From: Prevotella sp.
GTDB lineage: Bacteria; Bacteroidota; Bacteroidia; Bacteroidales; Bacteroidaceae
Assembly: GCA_017547605.1 (NCBI GenBank)
Contig: JAFYPG010000163.1
Location: 1 to 42,344 of the forward strand
Length of the DNA: 42,344 nucleotides
Reading direction: 5' to 3'
Shown here: piece by piece, positions 17,394 to 26,898 of the stretch
How positions within the stretch are numbered: the first letter of the stretch is position 1
How the letters are laid out: each line of letters starts with the position of its first letter
Notes under the pieces: generated by a model
Told to the model about the DNA's origin: nothing
What the model saw: the letters and a program-made list of their open reading frames with translations, nothing else
Database searches by the model: none
Translations under genes and position numbers: made by a program

Positions 17394-18650
17394 TTACTTA
17401 AAAATCAAGATAGTGAGGTGGTCTGCGGGGAAGAGTTCGCAGGCCACTTTCTGTATGTCCTCTGTCGTGATGGCGTCGATGCGGCGGTACAGTGTGTCGA
17501 GGTCTCGCTCATGGCCGTGGTGCAGGTAACTCCTGCCGAAGTCAAGGGCGAACTGTTCGCGGTTGTCGCAGGCAATGGCGATCTGACCTTTCAACTGCCG
17601 TTTGGCGGCCGTGAGTTGCCGCTCGCTTAGGGGCTTCTGCATGATACGGTCCAGTTCGCGACGTACCAGACGGAGACAACGACGGATGTCGTGATGGTCG
17701 CAACCAAAGTAAACGCTCCATACGCCAGTATCTGAGTAGGCAGCCATTGAACTCTCAACGGTATAGACTAGCCCTTGGCGCTCTCGCAGCGAGAGATTCA
17801 GACGGGCATTCATGCCAGGACCACCTATTATATTATTTAATAGGTATAGCGTCATGCGCTTCGGATCGTCATAACGATATGCCTTGGCGCCAATCATCAC
17901 ATGTGCTTGGTGGGAACCGATCTCGCGGATGAATTCCCCTCCAAAAGTAGGCAATGGCGTCTTCATGGAGCAATCTTCTGTGCCCGTTAGGGCGGGGTAG
18001 CCTTGGTCTTGCTCGGCTTTATCGCTTGGCTTGTCCAAGAATTTAGGGAAGGAAATGAGTTTCTTGAAGTCCACATCGCCATATACGAAGAACACGGCAT
18101 TATCTGGACGATAGTAGCGACGTGTGAATCTGAGGGCATCGGCAGTCGTGAAAGTACGCAACTGTTCGGCCTTGCCAAGGATGTTATGTCCAAGGGGATG
18201 GCCCTTGAAGATCAGGTTCTCGAACTCGTCGTAGATCAGTTCTGCAGGTGTGTCGTTGTAACTCTCTATCTCGTCGCAGATCACCTCCACCTCTTTGTCG
18301 ATTTCCTGCTGGGGATACTGGCTGTGGAAGACGATGTCCGTCAACAGGTTGATGGCCTTGGTGAAGTGTTCCTTCGTCACAGCAGCATAAAACACGGTAT
18401 CTTCCTTATTCGTAAAGGCGTTCAGTTCGCCACCTACACTCTCCAGGGCGTTGATCACCTGCAAGGCGCTGCGATGCTCCGTACCCTTGAAGGTCATGTG
18501 CTCACAGAAATGCGCCAGACCCTCTTCGCCAGGATGTTCGTCGCGAGAGCCTGCAGCAATCTGATAGCCACAATAGACCACCTGCGATGGGGATGGCAGG
18601 TGAATGATACGGAGACCGTTGTCGAGCGTATATGTATTGTATTTGGTCAT
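17394..18650 (-). CDS. M16 family (pitrilysin-like) metallopeptidase
   Basis: GLAHFCEHMTFKGT (HxxEH), LNAFT, LRERQGLVY. Confidence 0.93.
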   Translation of the reverse strand: MTKYNTYTLDNGLRIIHLPSPSQVVYCGYQIAAGSRDEHPGEEGLAHFCEHMTFKGTEHRSALQVINALESVGGELNAFTNKEDTVFYAAVTKEHFTKAINLLTDIVFHSQYPQQEIDKEVEVICDEIESYNDTPAELIYDEFENLIFKGHPLGHNILGKAEQLRTFTTADALRFTRRYYRPDNAVFFVYGDVDFKKLISFPKFLDKPSDKAEQDQGYPALTGTEDCSMKTPLPTFGGEFIREIGSHQAHVMIGAKAYRYDDPKRMTLYLLNNIIGGPGMNARLNLSLRERQGLVYTVESSMAAYSDTGVWSVYFGCDHHDIRRCLRLVRRELDRIMQKPLSERQLTAAKRQLKGQIAIACDNREQFALDFGRSYLHHGHERDLDTLYRRIDAITTEDIQKVACELFPADHLTILIFK

Positions 18651-18690
18651 TTCGGCTGCAAAATTACTAAAAAATATTTTTGTGGATGCT

Positions 18691-18730
18691 TTTTTACCTT
18701 TTTACCCTTTTGCCTTTTTACTTTTTTTAT
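18691..18730. repeat. Degenerate 8-bp tandem repeat (TTTTTACC x5)
   Basis: TTTTTACC TTTTTACC CTTTTGCC TTTTTACT TTTTTTAT, immediately before the pfkB -7 box TATCTTTG (18731-18738). Confidence 0.7.
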
Positions 18731-18760
18731 TATCTTTGCAACCATAAAAATCAAAAGCAA

Positions 18761-19729
18761 ATGCGAAAAGTCATAGGAATAGGCGAGACCATTCTCGATA
18801 TCATCTTTAAAGACGACCAGCCCATCGGAGCCGTTCCTGGCGGTTCGATGTTCAACGGCCTCATCTCCTTGGGGCGTGCAGGACTGAATACTACCTTTAT
18901 CAGTGAGACTGGCGATGACCGGGTGGGACAGCGTATCATCCGGTTCTTGGAAGAGAACCATGTTGATGCCAGTCATATCAGTGTCTATCCCGAGGCGAAG
19001 TCACCGATATCCCTGGCCTTTCTCAATGAGCAGAACGATGCGGAGTATCTCTTCTATAAAGATCATCCGCACGACAAACTCGACTTTGTCTTTCCCGACA
19101 TCCAGCCCGACGATATCGTGATGTATGGCTCCTATTACGCCGTCAATCCGGTGATCCGTCCGCAGATGCAGTCGTTCTTGGAGTATGCCCGCAGTCGTGG
19201 GGCTATCCTCTATTACGATGTGAACTTCCGATCCTCCCATCGTGGGGAGGTGATGAAACTCCGTGCCACGATCCTGGAGAATCTGGAGTATGCCGACATC
19301 GTACGTGGCAGCAGTGAGGATTTCGAGGTGATGTTCGATCTGACAGAGGCCGAGAAAGTTTATCGTTCCCAGATCTCCTTCTACTGTAAGAATTTCATCT
19401 ATACGCAGGGGGCAGAGCCTTTGGAAGTGCGAGGGGCTGGTAATATGAGCAAACAATACCCCGTGCCACAGGCGGAGACGGTCAGTACTATTGGCGCCGG
19501 TGATAACTTCAATGCCGGTTTCGTGTATGGTCTGATGAAGTATGGTATTACTCGTGAGATGCTGGAAACGGGTCTGTCGGAAGAGCAGTGGGATCAGGTG
19601 ATCGACCAGGCCACGCAGTTCTCTGCAAATGTCTGTCAGAGCATCCATAACAGCGTCGATCAGTCCTTTGCCGATGGGAAAAAGCGTGAGTTGAAGAGAA
19701 TAATTAATAATGATGAATATGATGAGTGA
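18761..19729 (+). CDS. PfkB-family carbohydrate kinase (fructokinase-like)
   Basis: VIGIGETILD, VPGGS, GDDRVG, YDVNFR, STIGAGDNFNAG. ATG 18761. Confidence 0.92.
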   Translation: MRKVIGIGETILDIIFKDDQPIGAVPGGSMFNGLISLGRAGLNTTFISETGDDRVGQRIIRFLEENHVDASHISVYPEAKSPISLAFLNEQNDAEYLFYKDHPHDKLDFVFPDIQPDDIVMYGSYYAVNPVIRPQMQSFLEYARSRGAILYYDVNFRSSHRGEVMKLRATILENLEYADIVRGSSEDFEVMFDLTEAEKVYRSQISFYCKNFIYTQGAEPLEVRGAGNMSKQYPVPQAETVSTIGAGDNFNAGFVYGLMKYGITREMLETGLSEEQWDQVIDQATQFSANVCQSIHNSVDQSFADGKKRELKRIINNDEYDE

Positions 19730-20879
19730 TACCATTAAGTACATCGGTGTTGACGATCTTGACATTGATCTGTTTGAGAGTCAGTATGTAGTGCCTGAGG
19801 GCATGAGTTATAATTCCTATCTCATTGACGATGAGAAGATCGCGGTTTTGGATACTGCCGACCGTCGCAAGGGCGAAGAGTGGAAGGCAAACCTGAAGGC
19901 CGCACTCAATGGGCGCCAGCCTGACTATCTGGTGGCTCACCACATGGAACCAGACCACTCGGCACTTATTGCCTGGATGCTGGAAACCTATCCAGGATTG
20001 CAACTGGTGTGCAGTGCCCAGGCCGTGAAGATGCTTTCCAACTTCTTTGAGGGCTTTAACTTCGAAGGTCGTGTGATGACTGTCAAGGAGGGCGATACAC
20101 TCTCGCTGGGTCGTCATGAACTAAAGTTTATCGGGGCAGCGATGATACACTGGCCGGAGGTTATCATGAGCTACGACAGTTTGGACAAAGTGCTCTTCTC
20201 TGCCGATGCATTCGGCAAATTCGGGGCATTGGTCAATGAGACAGACGACTGGGCCTGTGAGGCGCGCCGCTACTATTTCAATATCTGCGGCAAATATGGT
20301 TCGCAAGTACAGACGGTGATGAAGAAGTTGGCTGCGCTCAATGTTCAGGCCATCTGTCCGCTGCACGGTCCTGTGCTCAAGGGAGAGCCATTGACTGCAG
20401 CCATCAAACTATACGACACATGGAGCAAGTACGAGCCTGAAAGCGAGGGAATCCTGATTGCCTACGCCAGTATTCACGGAGGAACGGCTACTGCTGCCGA
20501 GCGACTGGGTGAGATACTGCGGGAGAAGGGTGCTCCAAAAGTGGTGGTGAGCGACCTGAGCCGCGATGATATGGCCGAGGTCATCGAAGATGCTTTCCGT
20601 TATCCTACCGTCGTGGTGGCTGCATCGAGTTACGACGCAGGTGTGTTCCCTGTGATGCACGACTTCCTCTATCACCTGCAGATCAAAAACTATCAGAAAC
20701 GTCGCTTTGGCATCATCGAGAACGGCAGTTGGATGCCTACGGCAGGCAAGGTGATGCGCTCGATGATTGAGGGCCTAAAGGATTGTGAGATTGTAGAGCC
20801 GTTGGTCACCATCCGCTCTCGCATGAAGGCTGCCGATGAGGCGCTACTGGAGCAGTTAGCCGACAGCCTGCTGTCATAA
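19710..20879 (+). CDS. FprA-family flavodiiron protein (A-type flavoprotein)
   Basis: GMSYNSYL, HHMEPDH, HWPE, FSADAFG, PLHG, C-terminal flavodoxin domain YASIHGGT..NGSW. Start is ambiguous among several Mets at 19710-19722. Confidence 0.92.
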   Translation: MMNMMSDTIKYIGVDDLDIDLFESQYVVPEGMSYNSYLIDDEKIAVLDTADRRKGEEWKANLKAALNGRQPDYLVAHHMEPDHSALIAWMLETYPGLQLVCSAQAVKMLSNFFEGFNFEGRVMTVKEGDTLSLGRHELKFIGAAMIHWPEVIMSYDSLDKVLFSADAFGKFGALVNETDDWACEARRYYFNICGKYGSQVQTVMKKLAALNVQAICPLHGPVLKGEPLTAAIKLYDTWSKYEPESEGILIAYASIHGGTATAAERLGEILREKGAPKVVVSDLSRDDMAEVIEDAFRYPTVVVAASSYDAGVFPVMHDFLYHLQIKNYQKRRFGIIENGSWMPTAGKVMRSMIEGLKDCEIVEPLVTIRSRMKAADEALLEQLADSLLS

Positions 20880-20896
20880 GACAGATGCCTTCTTAT

Positions 20897-20928
20897 TAAT
20901 TAAGCCTCGCAATTGCGAGGCTTAATTA
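20897..20928. terminator. Bidirectional terminator (perfect 32-bp palindrome)
   Basis: TAATTAAGCCTCGCAATTGCGAGGCTTAATTA between the convergent fprA and LOG genes. Confidence 0.85.
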
Positions 20929-21456
20929 TAATATCATCTGGCTGATTTCTTCGATGGAATCAGCCGTTTTGATATACTCCCGCCAATTCCCTCGGATCAT
21001 CCCCTTCGCTTGCAAATCCTCAAGCATCGCGATGAGTGCATTCCAGAATCCCTTCATATTATAGAGAATGACCTTCTTCTGGTGATAGCCGATGGTGGCC
21101 GAAGCAGCAACGGTAAACACCTCGTCGAGGGTGCCGATACCGCCAGGCAAAGCAATGAACACATCAGCCTGATCCATCATCAGTTGCTTACGGTCGCTCA
21201 GGTTGTCGCAAGGAATCTCCACATCGACATAGTCGCTGACACGTCCTGATTTCTCCACAATTATCGGAACGATGCCGATGGTACGTCCGCCATGCGCTTT
21301 TGCAGCCTTTGCCAGCGCCTCCATTAGGCCTTGATTCACGCCACCATATACGATGGAATGACCATTATCAGCGGCCCATGCCCCCAACTCTTCCGTCAGT
21401 GCGAAAAAGTCTGGGTCAATCTGCTGATTCGCAGAACAAAATACACATATCTTCAT
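20926..21456 (-). CDS. LOG family (TIGR00730) nucleotide phosphoribohydrolase
   Basis: MKICVFCS, IVYGG..GLM, RKQLM, LPGGIGTLDE. ATG 21456. Confidence 0.92.
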   Translation of the reverse strand: MKICVFCSANQQIDPDFFALTEELGAWAADNGHSIVYGGVNQGLMEALAKAAKAHGGRTIGIVPIIVEKSGRVSDYVDVEIPCDNLSDRKQLMMDQADVFIALPGGIGTLDEVFTVAASATIGYHQKKVILYNMKGFWNALIAMLEDLQAKGMIRGNWREYIKTADSIEEISQMIL

Positions 21457-21460
21457 AACT

Positions 21461-21497
21461 GCTGCAAAGATACGAATATTTTTTGTATCTTTGCAGC
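21461..21497. promoter_or_regulatory. Palindromic bidirectional promoter
   Basis: GCTGCAAAGATAC-N11-GTATCTTTGCAGC; each arm contains a TATCTTTG -7 box pointing outward. Confidence 0.75.
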
Positions 21498-21514
21498 CAA
21501 ATACAGGAAATCCG

Positions 21515-23281
21515 ATGAAGACATTTGAAGAATTAGGCGTCAGCGGTGAGATCCGGCGCGCCATTGAGGAACTTGGTTTTGTGCAGCCGATGCCAGTACA
21601 GGAGGCAGTGATTCCCTATTTGTTGGGGAATCAAAACGACGTCATCGCACTCGCCCAGACGGGAACGGGTAAGACGGCGGCTTTCGGTATCCCGTTGCTA
21701 ATGCGTATCGACACCAACTGGCGCGAAACACAGGCACTGGTGCTCTCGCCGACGCGTGAGCTCTGTCTGCAGATTACCGACGACATCCGCGACTTTGCCA
21801 AGTATATGGACGGCGTGCATGTGGAGGCTGTCTATGGCGGTGCTTCCATCGAACCGCAGATGCGCGCCCTGAAGAAAGGCGTGAACATCATCGTAGCCAC
21901 GCCAGGCCGTTTGGTGGATCTCATGCATCGTGGTTATGCCCGTCTGGAGCAGGTGACGAACATCGTACTCGATGAGGCCGACGAGATGCTGAACATGGGC
22001 TTCTCTGACAGCATCAACGAGATCTTCGAGTCGTTGCCTGAGAATCATAACACGCTGATGTTCTCTGCCACGATGAGCCGTGAGGTGGAGCGCGTGGCCA
22101 AAAAGTATCTGCATGACTACCAGGAGATCGTGGTGGGCTCGCGCAACGAGGGTGCCGAGAACGTGAACCACATCTATTATATGGTGAACGCCAAGGACAA
22201 GTACCTCGCCCTGAAGCGCATCGTGGATTACTATCCCCGTATCTTCGCCATCATCTTCTGTCGTACGAAGGTGGAAACACAGGAGGTGGCAGACAAACTG
22301 ATCAAGGACGGCTATAATGCTGAGTCGTTGCACGGTGACCTCTCGCAACCGCAACGTGACCTGACCATGCAGAAGTTCCGCCAGCACCTGACACAGTTGC
22401 TCGTGGCAACGGATGTAGCCGCGCGAGGTCTCGATGTGGATGACTTGACGCATGTGATCAACTTCGGACTACCTGATGATATCGAGAACTATACGCACCG
22501 TTCCGGACGTACGGGTCGTGCTGGCAAGAAAGGCACCAGTATCTCGATTGTCCACAGTCGTGAGAAGTTCAAGATCCGTAATATCGAGAAGGAGATTGGC
22601 AAGGAGTTTGTGAAGGCGGAGATCCCGTCGGCAGAAGAGATCTGCAAGAAACAACTCTATAAGGTGATGGACCAGATCGTGAAGACGGATGTCGATGATC
22701 AGGAGATCGCCCCCTTCATGCAGGACATCAACCGTTATTTCGAGTATATCGACAAGGAGGAACTGATCAAGAAGATTGTCTCATTGGAGTTTGGAAAGTT
22801 CCTGGCCTATTATGCCGAAGCACCAGAGATTGAGGCGGTCGTTCCTGACAGGAAAGAGCGGAAGCCCCAAAGTGACAAGCAGAAAGTCCAGAACAAAGCC
22901 TCGAAAGGCTATCGCCGTCTTTTTATCAACCTTGGCAAGCGCGACGGATTCTATCCCGGCGAACTGATGCAGACGCTGAACCGTTTCGTGGGCGGTCGTC
23001 AGGAGGTGGGACATATCGATCTGCTCGACACCATCTCGTATTTCGAGGTGCCTGAAAAGGATGCCAAGAAGGTGATGATCCAACTGACGGGTATCCGCTA
23101 TAAGGGTCGTACGGTCAGGTGTAACGATTCTGAGGATAAGGGTGCGGCCCGACAGCCATCAAGGGATAAGGCTTCTAAGGGACGCGGTCATCAAGACAAT
23201 CGCCGGCAACCGAAGCAAGACGACTGGGTAAGTCTGATGGACGAAGGCTGGGCTATGCGTAAGCCTCGCAAGAAGAAATAA
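21515..23281 (+). CDS. DEAD-box RNA helicase with DbpA-type RNA-binding domain
   Basis: AQTGTGKT, PTRELC, TPGRL, LDEADEML, SAT, HGDLSQ, TDVAARGLD, HRSGRTGRAG; C-terminal RLFINLGKRDG. ATG 21515. Confidence 0.96.
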   Translation: MKTFEELGVSGEIRRAIEELGFVQPMPVQEAVIPYLLGNQNDVIALAQTGTGKTAAFGIPLLMRIDTNWRETQALVLSPTRELCLQITDDIRDFAKYMDGVHVEAVYGGASIEPQMRALKKGVNIIVATPGRLVDLMHRGYARLEQVTNIVLDEADEMLNMGFSDSINEIFESLPENHNTLMFSATMSREVERVAKKYLHDYQEIVVGSRNEGAENVNHIYYMVNAKDKYLALKRIVDYYPRIFAIIFCRTKVETQEVADKLIKDGYNAESLHGDLSQPQRDLTMQKFRQHLTQLLVATDVAARGLDVDDLTHVINFGLPDDIENYTHRSGRTGRAGKKGTSISIVHSREKFKIRNIEKEIGKEFVKAEIPSAEEICKKQLYKVMDQIVKTDVDDQEIAPFMQDINRYFEYIDKEELIKKIVSLEFGKFLAYYAEAPEIEAVVPDRKERKPQSDKQKVQNKASKGYRRLFINLGKRDGFYPGELMQTLNRFVGGRQEVGHIDLLDTISYFEVPEKDAKKVMIQLTGIRYKGRTVRCNDSEDKGAARQPSRDKASKGRGHQDNRRQPKQDDWVSLMDEGWAMRKPRKKK

Positions 23282-23308
23282 GGGCTGCGATTGCAGCCCT
23301 TATTTCTT
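23273..23308. terminator. Bidirectional terminator
   Basis: AAGAAATAAGGGCTGC-GATT-GCAGCCCTTATTTCTT, touching the stop codons of both convergent genes. Confidence 0.85.
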
Positions 23309-25431
23309 TACTGTGCGTTGATCTCCTTAAGCAGACGGTCTGCCTTGCCCCACGACTCCATCATATAGAGCACATAACGGATATCCACACCGATGCAACG
23401 GGCCAGTTGTGAGTCGAAGAAGATATCCGACGACAAGGAATCCCAGTTGCCATCGAAGGCCAGACCGATGAGTTCGCCCTTGCCGTTGAACATCGGTGAA
23501 CCGGAGTTGCCGCCCGTGATGTCGTTGTTCGACAGGAAGCAGAGGTGCATCTTACCGGTGGTCTTGTCGGTGTATTTGCCGAAGTCCTGCTTCGAGAGCA
23601 GTTCCTTCATGATAGGCTCTGCCTCGTAGTCGATGACACCCTTCTCTCCCTGTTCCATTTTCTTCACCATACTGCTGGCCTCGGTATAGTAACCTGAGGG
23701 CTGTCCTCCGAGCAGATACTCGCCCACCTGACCGTAAGAGAGTCGCATGGTGAAGTTGGCGTCACTATAATTGGGCATGTCTTCCTCCATGCGCAGTTTG
23801 GCAGCACAGAGGTAACGCTCCAGGATGTCGATGCTGTCGGAAACGGCCTCCAGATCAATCACGATGTCAGCCTGTGCACTCTTCACGCTCTCACCATACA
23901 CCACCCCAGGATCCTTGTGATAACTCTTCTTGTTGATGTAGATCTTCTTGTCGCTCTTCATCAACTTCGACTTCTTGTAGATATGATCCACGAACTTCTG
24001 GTAGTCGCCTTTATAGTCGTGGTCTATCACGTTGTAGAAGTCGGGCTGGTATTTGATCTCCACCTTCTCGCGGTAGTGCTTCAGCAGGGCAGCGATGATC
24101 TCGCGGTCGGTGTCATAGTCCCAGGTGTCGCTGTTGTCCTTGAACTCTATATAATAGGTCTTGGGTTTACCGTCCTTGCCGTTGATGATGGCACCGTTCT
24201 GCACACGGAGGGCGCGGCGTGTCATCTCGTCGGTATTGCGGCGGCCAAATGTCTCGTTATAGTAGGTCAGGGCACGCACGGCGGCAAAGCGCTTCTGATA
24301 AAGTCGGTCCAATTGGTCGAAGTCGAGTTGGCCCTTCAGGAAACCCGTGGAGTCCTGCCACTGACGGATTTTCTGCTCAAACTGTGCCTTCTGTTGGATA
24401 AGGCCGATGCTGTCGATGCATTTGTTCATGCCAATGGAGTTCTTCCAGTAGTTCGAACTGTTGGCGTATTTGGAGTCGTACTTGATGCGCACGGCCTCGT
24501 CGGCACGCATGTGACGGAGCATGATGGCCTGCTTCACCTCGCGTGTTTGGTACATCGGCGTGTTCTGGGCATCGCGACGCTCACGGATGCCGTAACTTGA
24601 CAGGTAACGGCTGGTACTGCCAGGGTAGCCAATGGTCATCGAGAACGAGCCGGGCACGTAACCCTGCAGTGAGACAGGTGCCCACTTCTTCGGTTTCATC
24701 GGCACATTGTCCTTCGAATACTTTGCCGGACCGCCCGTCTTCGGATCGACATAGATACGGAAGACGCTGAAGTCGCAGGTTTGGCGCGGCCACATCCAGT
24801 TGTCGGTCTCACCGCCGAACTTACCCATCGACTTGGGCAGAGTGAACACCAAACGCACGTCATGATAGTCGCGATAGGTGGTCAGGTAGTACTGGTTACC
24901 CTCGTAGAAGGGCTTGATCTCCACGCGCAGGGTAGAGTCCTGCTTCTCAATCTCCTTCAGCATGGCGTTCTCCAAGGAGTCGAGGAACAGGTACCGTTTG
25001 TCGCTGTTCATCTGGTTGATGCCCAAGGAGTCGAGCATGGGGGTGATATCCTTCTGTTCCACCATGAACGACACGAAGAGGTTCTGGTTGGGCAGTTCCT
25101 CCTCGAAGTTGTTCGACACGAAACCGTTAAGCATATAGTCGTGTTCTACGGTAGAATGCGAACGGATGGCATCGAAGCCGCAGTGGTGGTTGGTGAATAC
25201 CAGTCCGTCGGGAGATACGACCACACCAGAGCAATAACCGCCGAAGTTCACCACGCAGTTCTTGATGGCATCATCGCCCTCGTACAGAGCACCGTAGGGC
25301 AGTTCGTAGTTCTCCATCCGCATGGTCTCATAGACGGCATTCGGCAGGTTATAAAGCGTCCACATTCCCTCATCCGCCTTTGCTGATGTCAGGGCGCAAG
25401 TGGCCAAAAGCGTAAACAATAGTTTCTTCAT
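23308..25431 (-). CDS. S46 family dipeptidyl peptidase (DPP7-type)
   Basis: ADEGMW, TNHHC, DNWMWPR..DF, DITGGNSGSP, GLAFDGN (Gly at the S1 position as in DPP7, not Arg as in DPP11). Confidence 0.93.
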   Translation of the reverse strand: MKKLLFTLLATCALTSAKADEGMWTLYNLPNAVYETMRMENYELPYGALYEGDDAIKNCVVNFGGYCSGVVVSPDGLVFTNHHCGFDAIRSHSTVEHDYMLNGFVSNNFEEELPNQNLFVSFMVEQKDITPMLDSLGINQMNSDKRYLFLDSLENAMLKEIEKQDSTLRVEIKPFYEGNQYYLTTYRDYHDVRLVFTLPKSMGKFGGETDNWMWPRQTCDFSVFRIYVDPKTGGPAKYSKDNVPMKPKKWAPVSLQGYVPGSFSMTIGYPGSTSRYLSSYGIRERRDAQNTPMYQTREVKQAIMLRHMRADEAVRIKYDSKYANSSNYWKNSIGMNKCIDSIGLIQQKAQFEQKIRQWQDSTGFLKGQLDFDQLDRLYQKRFAAVRALTYYNETFGRRNTDEMTRRALRVQNGAIINGKDGKPKTYYIEFKDNSDTWDYDTDREIIAALLKHYREKVEIKYQPDFYNVIDHDYKGDYQKFVDHIYKKSKLMKSDKKIYINKKSYHKDPGVVYGESVKSAQADIVIDLEAVSDSIDILERYLCAAKLRMEEDMPNYSDANFTMRLSYGQVGEYLLGGQPSGYYTEASSMVKKMEQGEKGVIDYEAEPIMKELLSKQDFGKYTDKTTGKMHLCFLSNNDITGGNSGSPMFNGKGELIGLAFDGNWDSLSSDIFFDSQLARCIGVDIRYVLYMMESWGKADRLLKEINAQ

Positions 25432-25434
25432 ATC

Positions 25435-26895
25435 TTATTTAGTTTTCTTGAATTTCTTTCCAATAACGGGCAAACTACTAAGGGGCATGTCGCACTTGAT
25501 GATTCTATAGATGAAGCCCAGGATCAGGAAATTGTTGATGAGGAACAAGACCCATTCTGGCCATTCCGTATGATGGGCGAACCACTTCATCATACCGAAG
25601 AGTGCCATAGAGGAAATGAAATAAATGATAATGTCCTTGATGGGATAGGGGATGGGATTCTTCCTCTGTCCAACGATATAACTGAGCGTCATCGAGGTGA
25701 AATAGCCGGCCAGTCCTCCCCAGGCACAGGCCCAGTAGCCAATCTTGGGGATGAAGATGATATTCACGGCCAAGAGCACGATGCAGCCAGCCAACGAGAA
25801 CCAGGCCCCATAGATGGTCTTGTCGATGAGCTTGTACCAGAATGAGAGGTTGAAATAGATGCCCATAAAGATCTCGGCCATCATGACGATGGGCACCACC
25901 CCTAATCCCTCGCGATAGTCTTCGCCGATGATGTATTGCAGCACGGGCATCCAACCCATCACGACGAGGAAGGCCAGCAGCGTGAAGATGATAAAGTATT
26001 TCATGGCCGAGGCGTAATAATCCGTCTTATCGGCATCCTTGTTCTTGGCGAAGACGATAGGCTCATAGGCATAGCGGAAGGCCTGTGTGATCATGGCCAT
26101 GATCATCGCGATTTTCACGCACGAGCCATAGACGCCCAACTGTACGTTGGCCTCGGCCTCGTCGGGATATACCAACGGGAAGATAATCTTATCGGCCACC
26201 TGGTTCAGGATGCCAGCGATACCTAAGATCAATATGGGCCATGAGTAACTGAGCATGCGCTTCAGCAGACTACCGTCGAAATGCCATTGGATCTTGAAGA
26301 GGTCAGGGATGAAGAACAGGGTGATAAAGCCTGTGCAGAGCAGGTTGATGAAGAATACGTAGAACACGGAGGTCTTGCCTAACAACACGAACCAGATGAC
26401 GTTTAGGGCGATGTTCAACAGGATGAACAGCATCTTCAGTGAGGCGAAGCGGATGGCCCGCTTTTGGAACCGCAGATAACTGAAAGGCATAGCCTGAATA
26501 GCGTCGAGGGCCACCACGACGGTCATCATCAGCAGATAGTCGGGATGAGCCTCATAACCCAGTGCCCCACTGATAGGACCAATGAATCCGAATACCAGCA
26601 ACAGGAATACTACCGTCAGCGAACCCACAGTGGCGAAGGCTGTCGAGAACACGGTATCGGGTTTGGTGCGCTCGTCGTTGGCGAAGCGGAAGAGCGTCGT
26701 CTCCATGCCAAACGTCAGCAGCACGAGGATCAGTGCCGTATAGGCATAGACATTGGTGCTGATGCCATAGTCGCCAGAGGCTTTGGGCATGTAGTGGGTA
26801 TAGAGTGGCACGAGCAGATAGTTCAGGAATCTGCCGACAATGCTCGAGAGGCCGTAGATGGCCGTATCTTTTGCTAATGATTTCAGATTTGCCAT
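25435..26895 (-). CDS. Polysaccharide/oligosaccharide flippase (Wzx/MATE-like)
   Basis: LAKDTAIYGLSSIVGRFLNYLLVP, GMETTLFRF, QAFRYAYEP, many TM segments. Confidence 0.87.
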   Translation of the reverse strand: MANLKSLAKDTAIYGLSSIVGRFLNYLLVPLYTHYMPKASGDYGISTNVYAYTALILVLLTFGMETTLFRFANDERTKPDTVFSTAFATVGSLTVVFLLLVFGFIGPISGALGYEAHPDYLLMMTVVVALDAIQAMPFSYLRFQKRAIRFASLKMLFILLNIALNVIWFVLLGKTSVFYVFFINLLCTGFITLFFIPDLFKIQWHFDGSLLKRMLSYSWPILILGIAGILNQVADKIIFPLVYPDEAEANVQLGVYGSCVKIAMIMAMITQAFRYAYEPIVFAKNKDADKTDYYASAMKYFIIFTLLAFLVVMGWMPVLQYIIGEDYREGLGVVPIVMMAEIFMGIYFNLSFWYKLIDKTIYGAWFSLAGCIVLLAVNIIFIPKIGYWACAWGGLAGYFTSMTLSYIVGQRKNPIPYPIKDIIIYFISSMALFGMMKWFAHHTEWPEWVLFLINNFLILGFIYRIIKCDMPLSSLPVIGKKFKKTK

Positions 26896-26898
26896 AGT

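Noticed and set aside
21461-21497. Invertible promoter (phase-variation switch)
   Set aside because: The -7 boxes are in the repeat arms themselves, so inverting the 11-bp spacer would not reorient a promoter; no recombinase nearby.
11139-25386. Long antisense ORFs (e.g. 11139-11927, 18003-18776, 19001-19765, 21698-22453, 23917-24600)
   Set aside because: Each lies opposite a well-supported gene and is expected from its codon bias; none has recognisable motifs.
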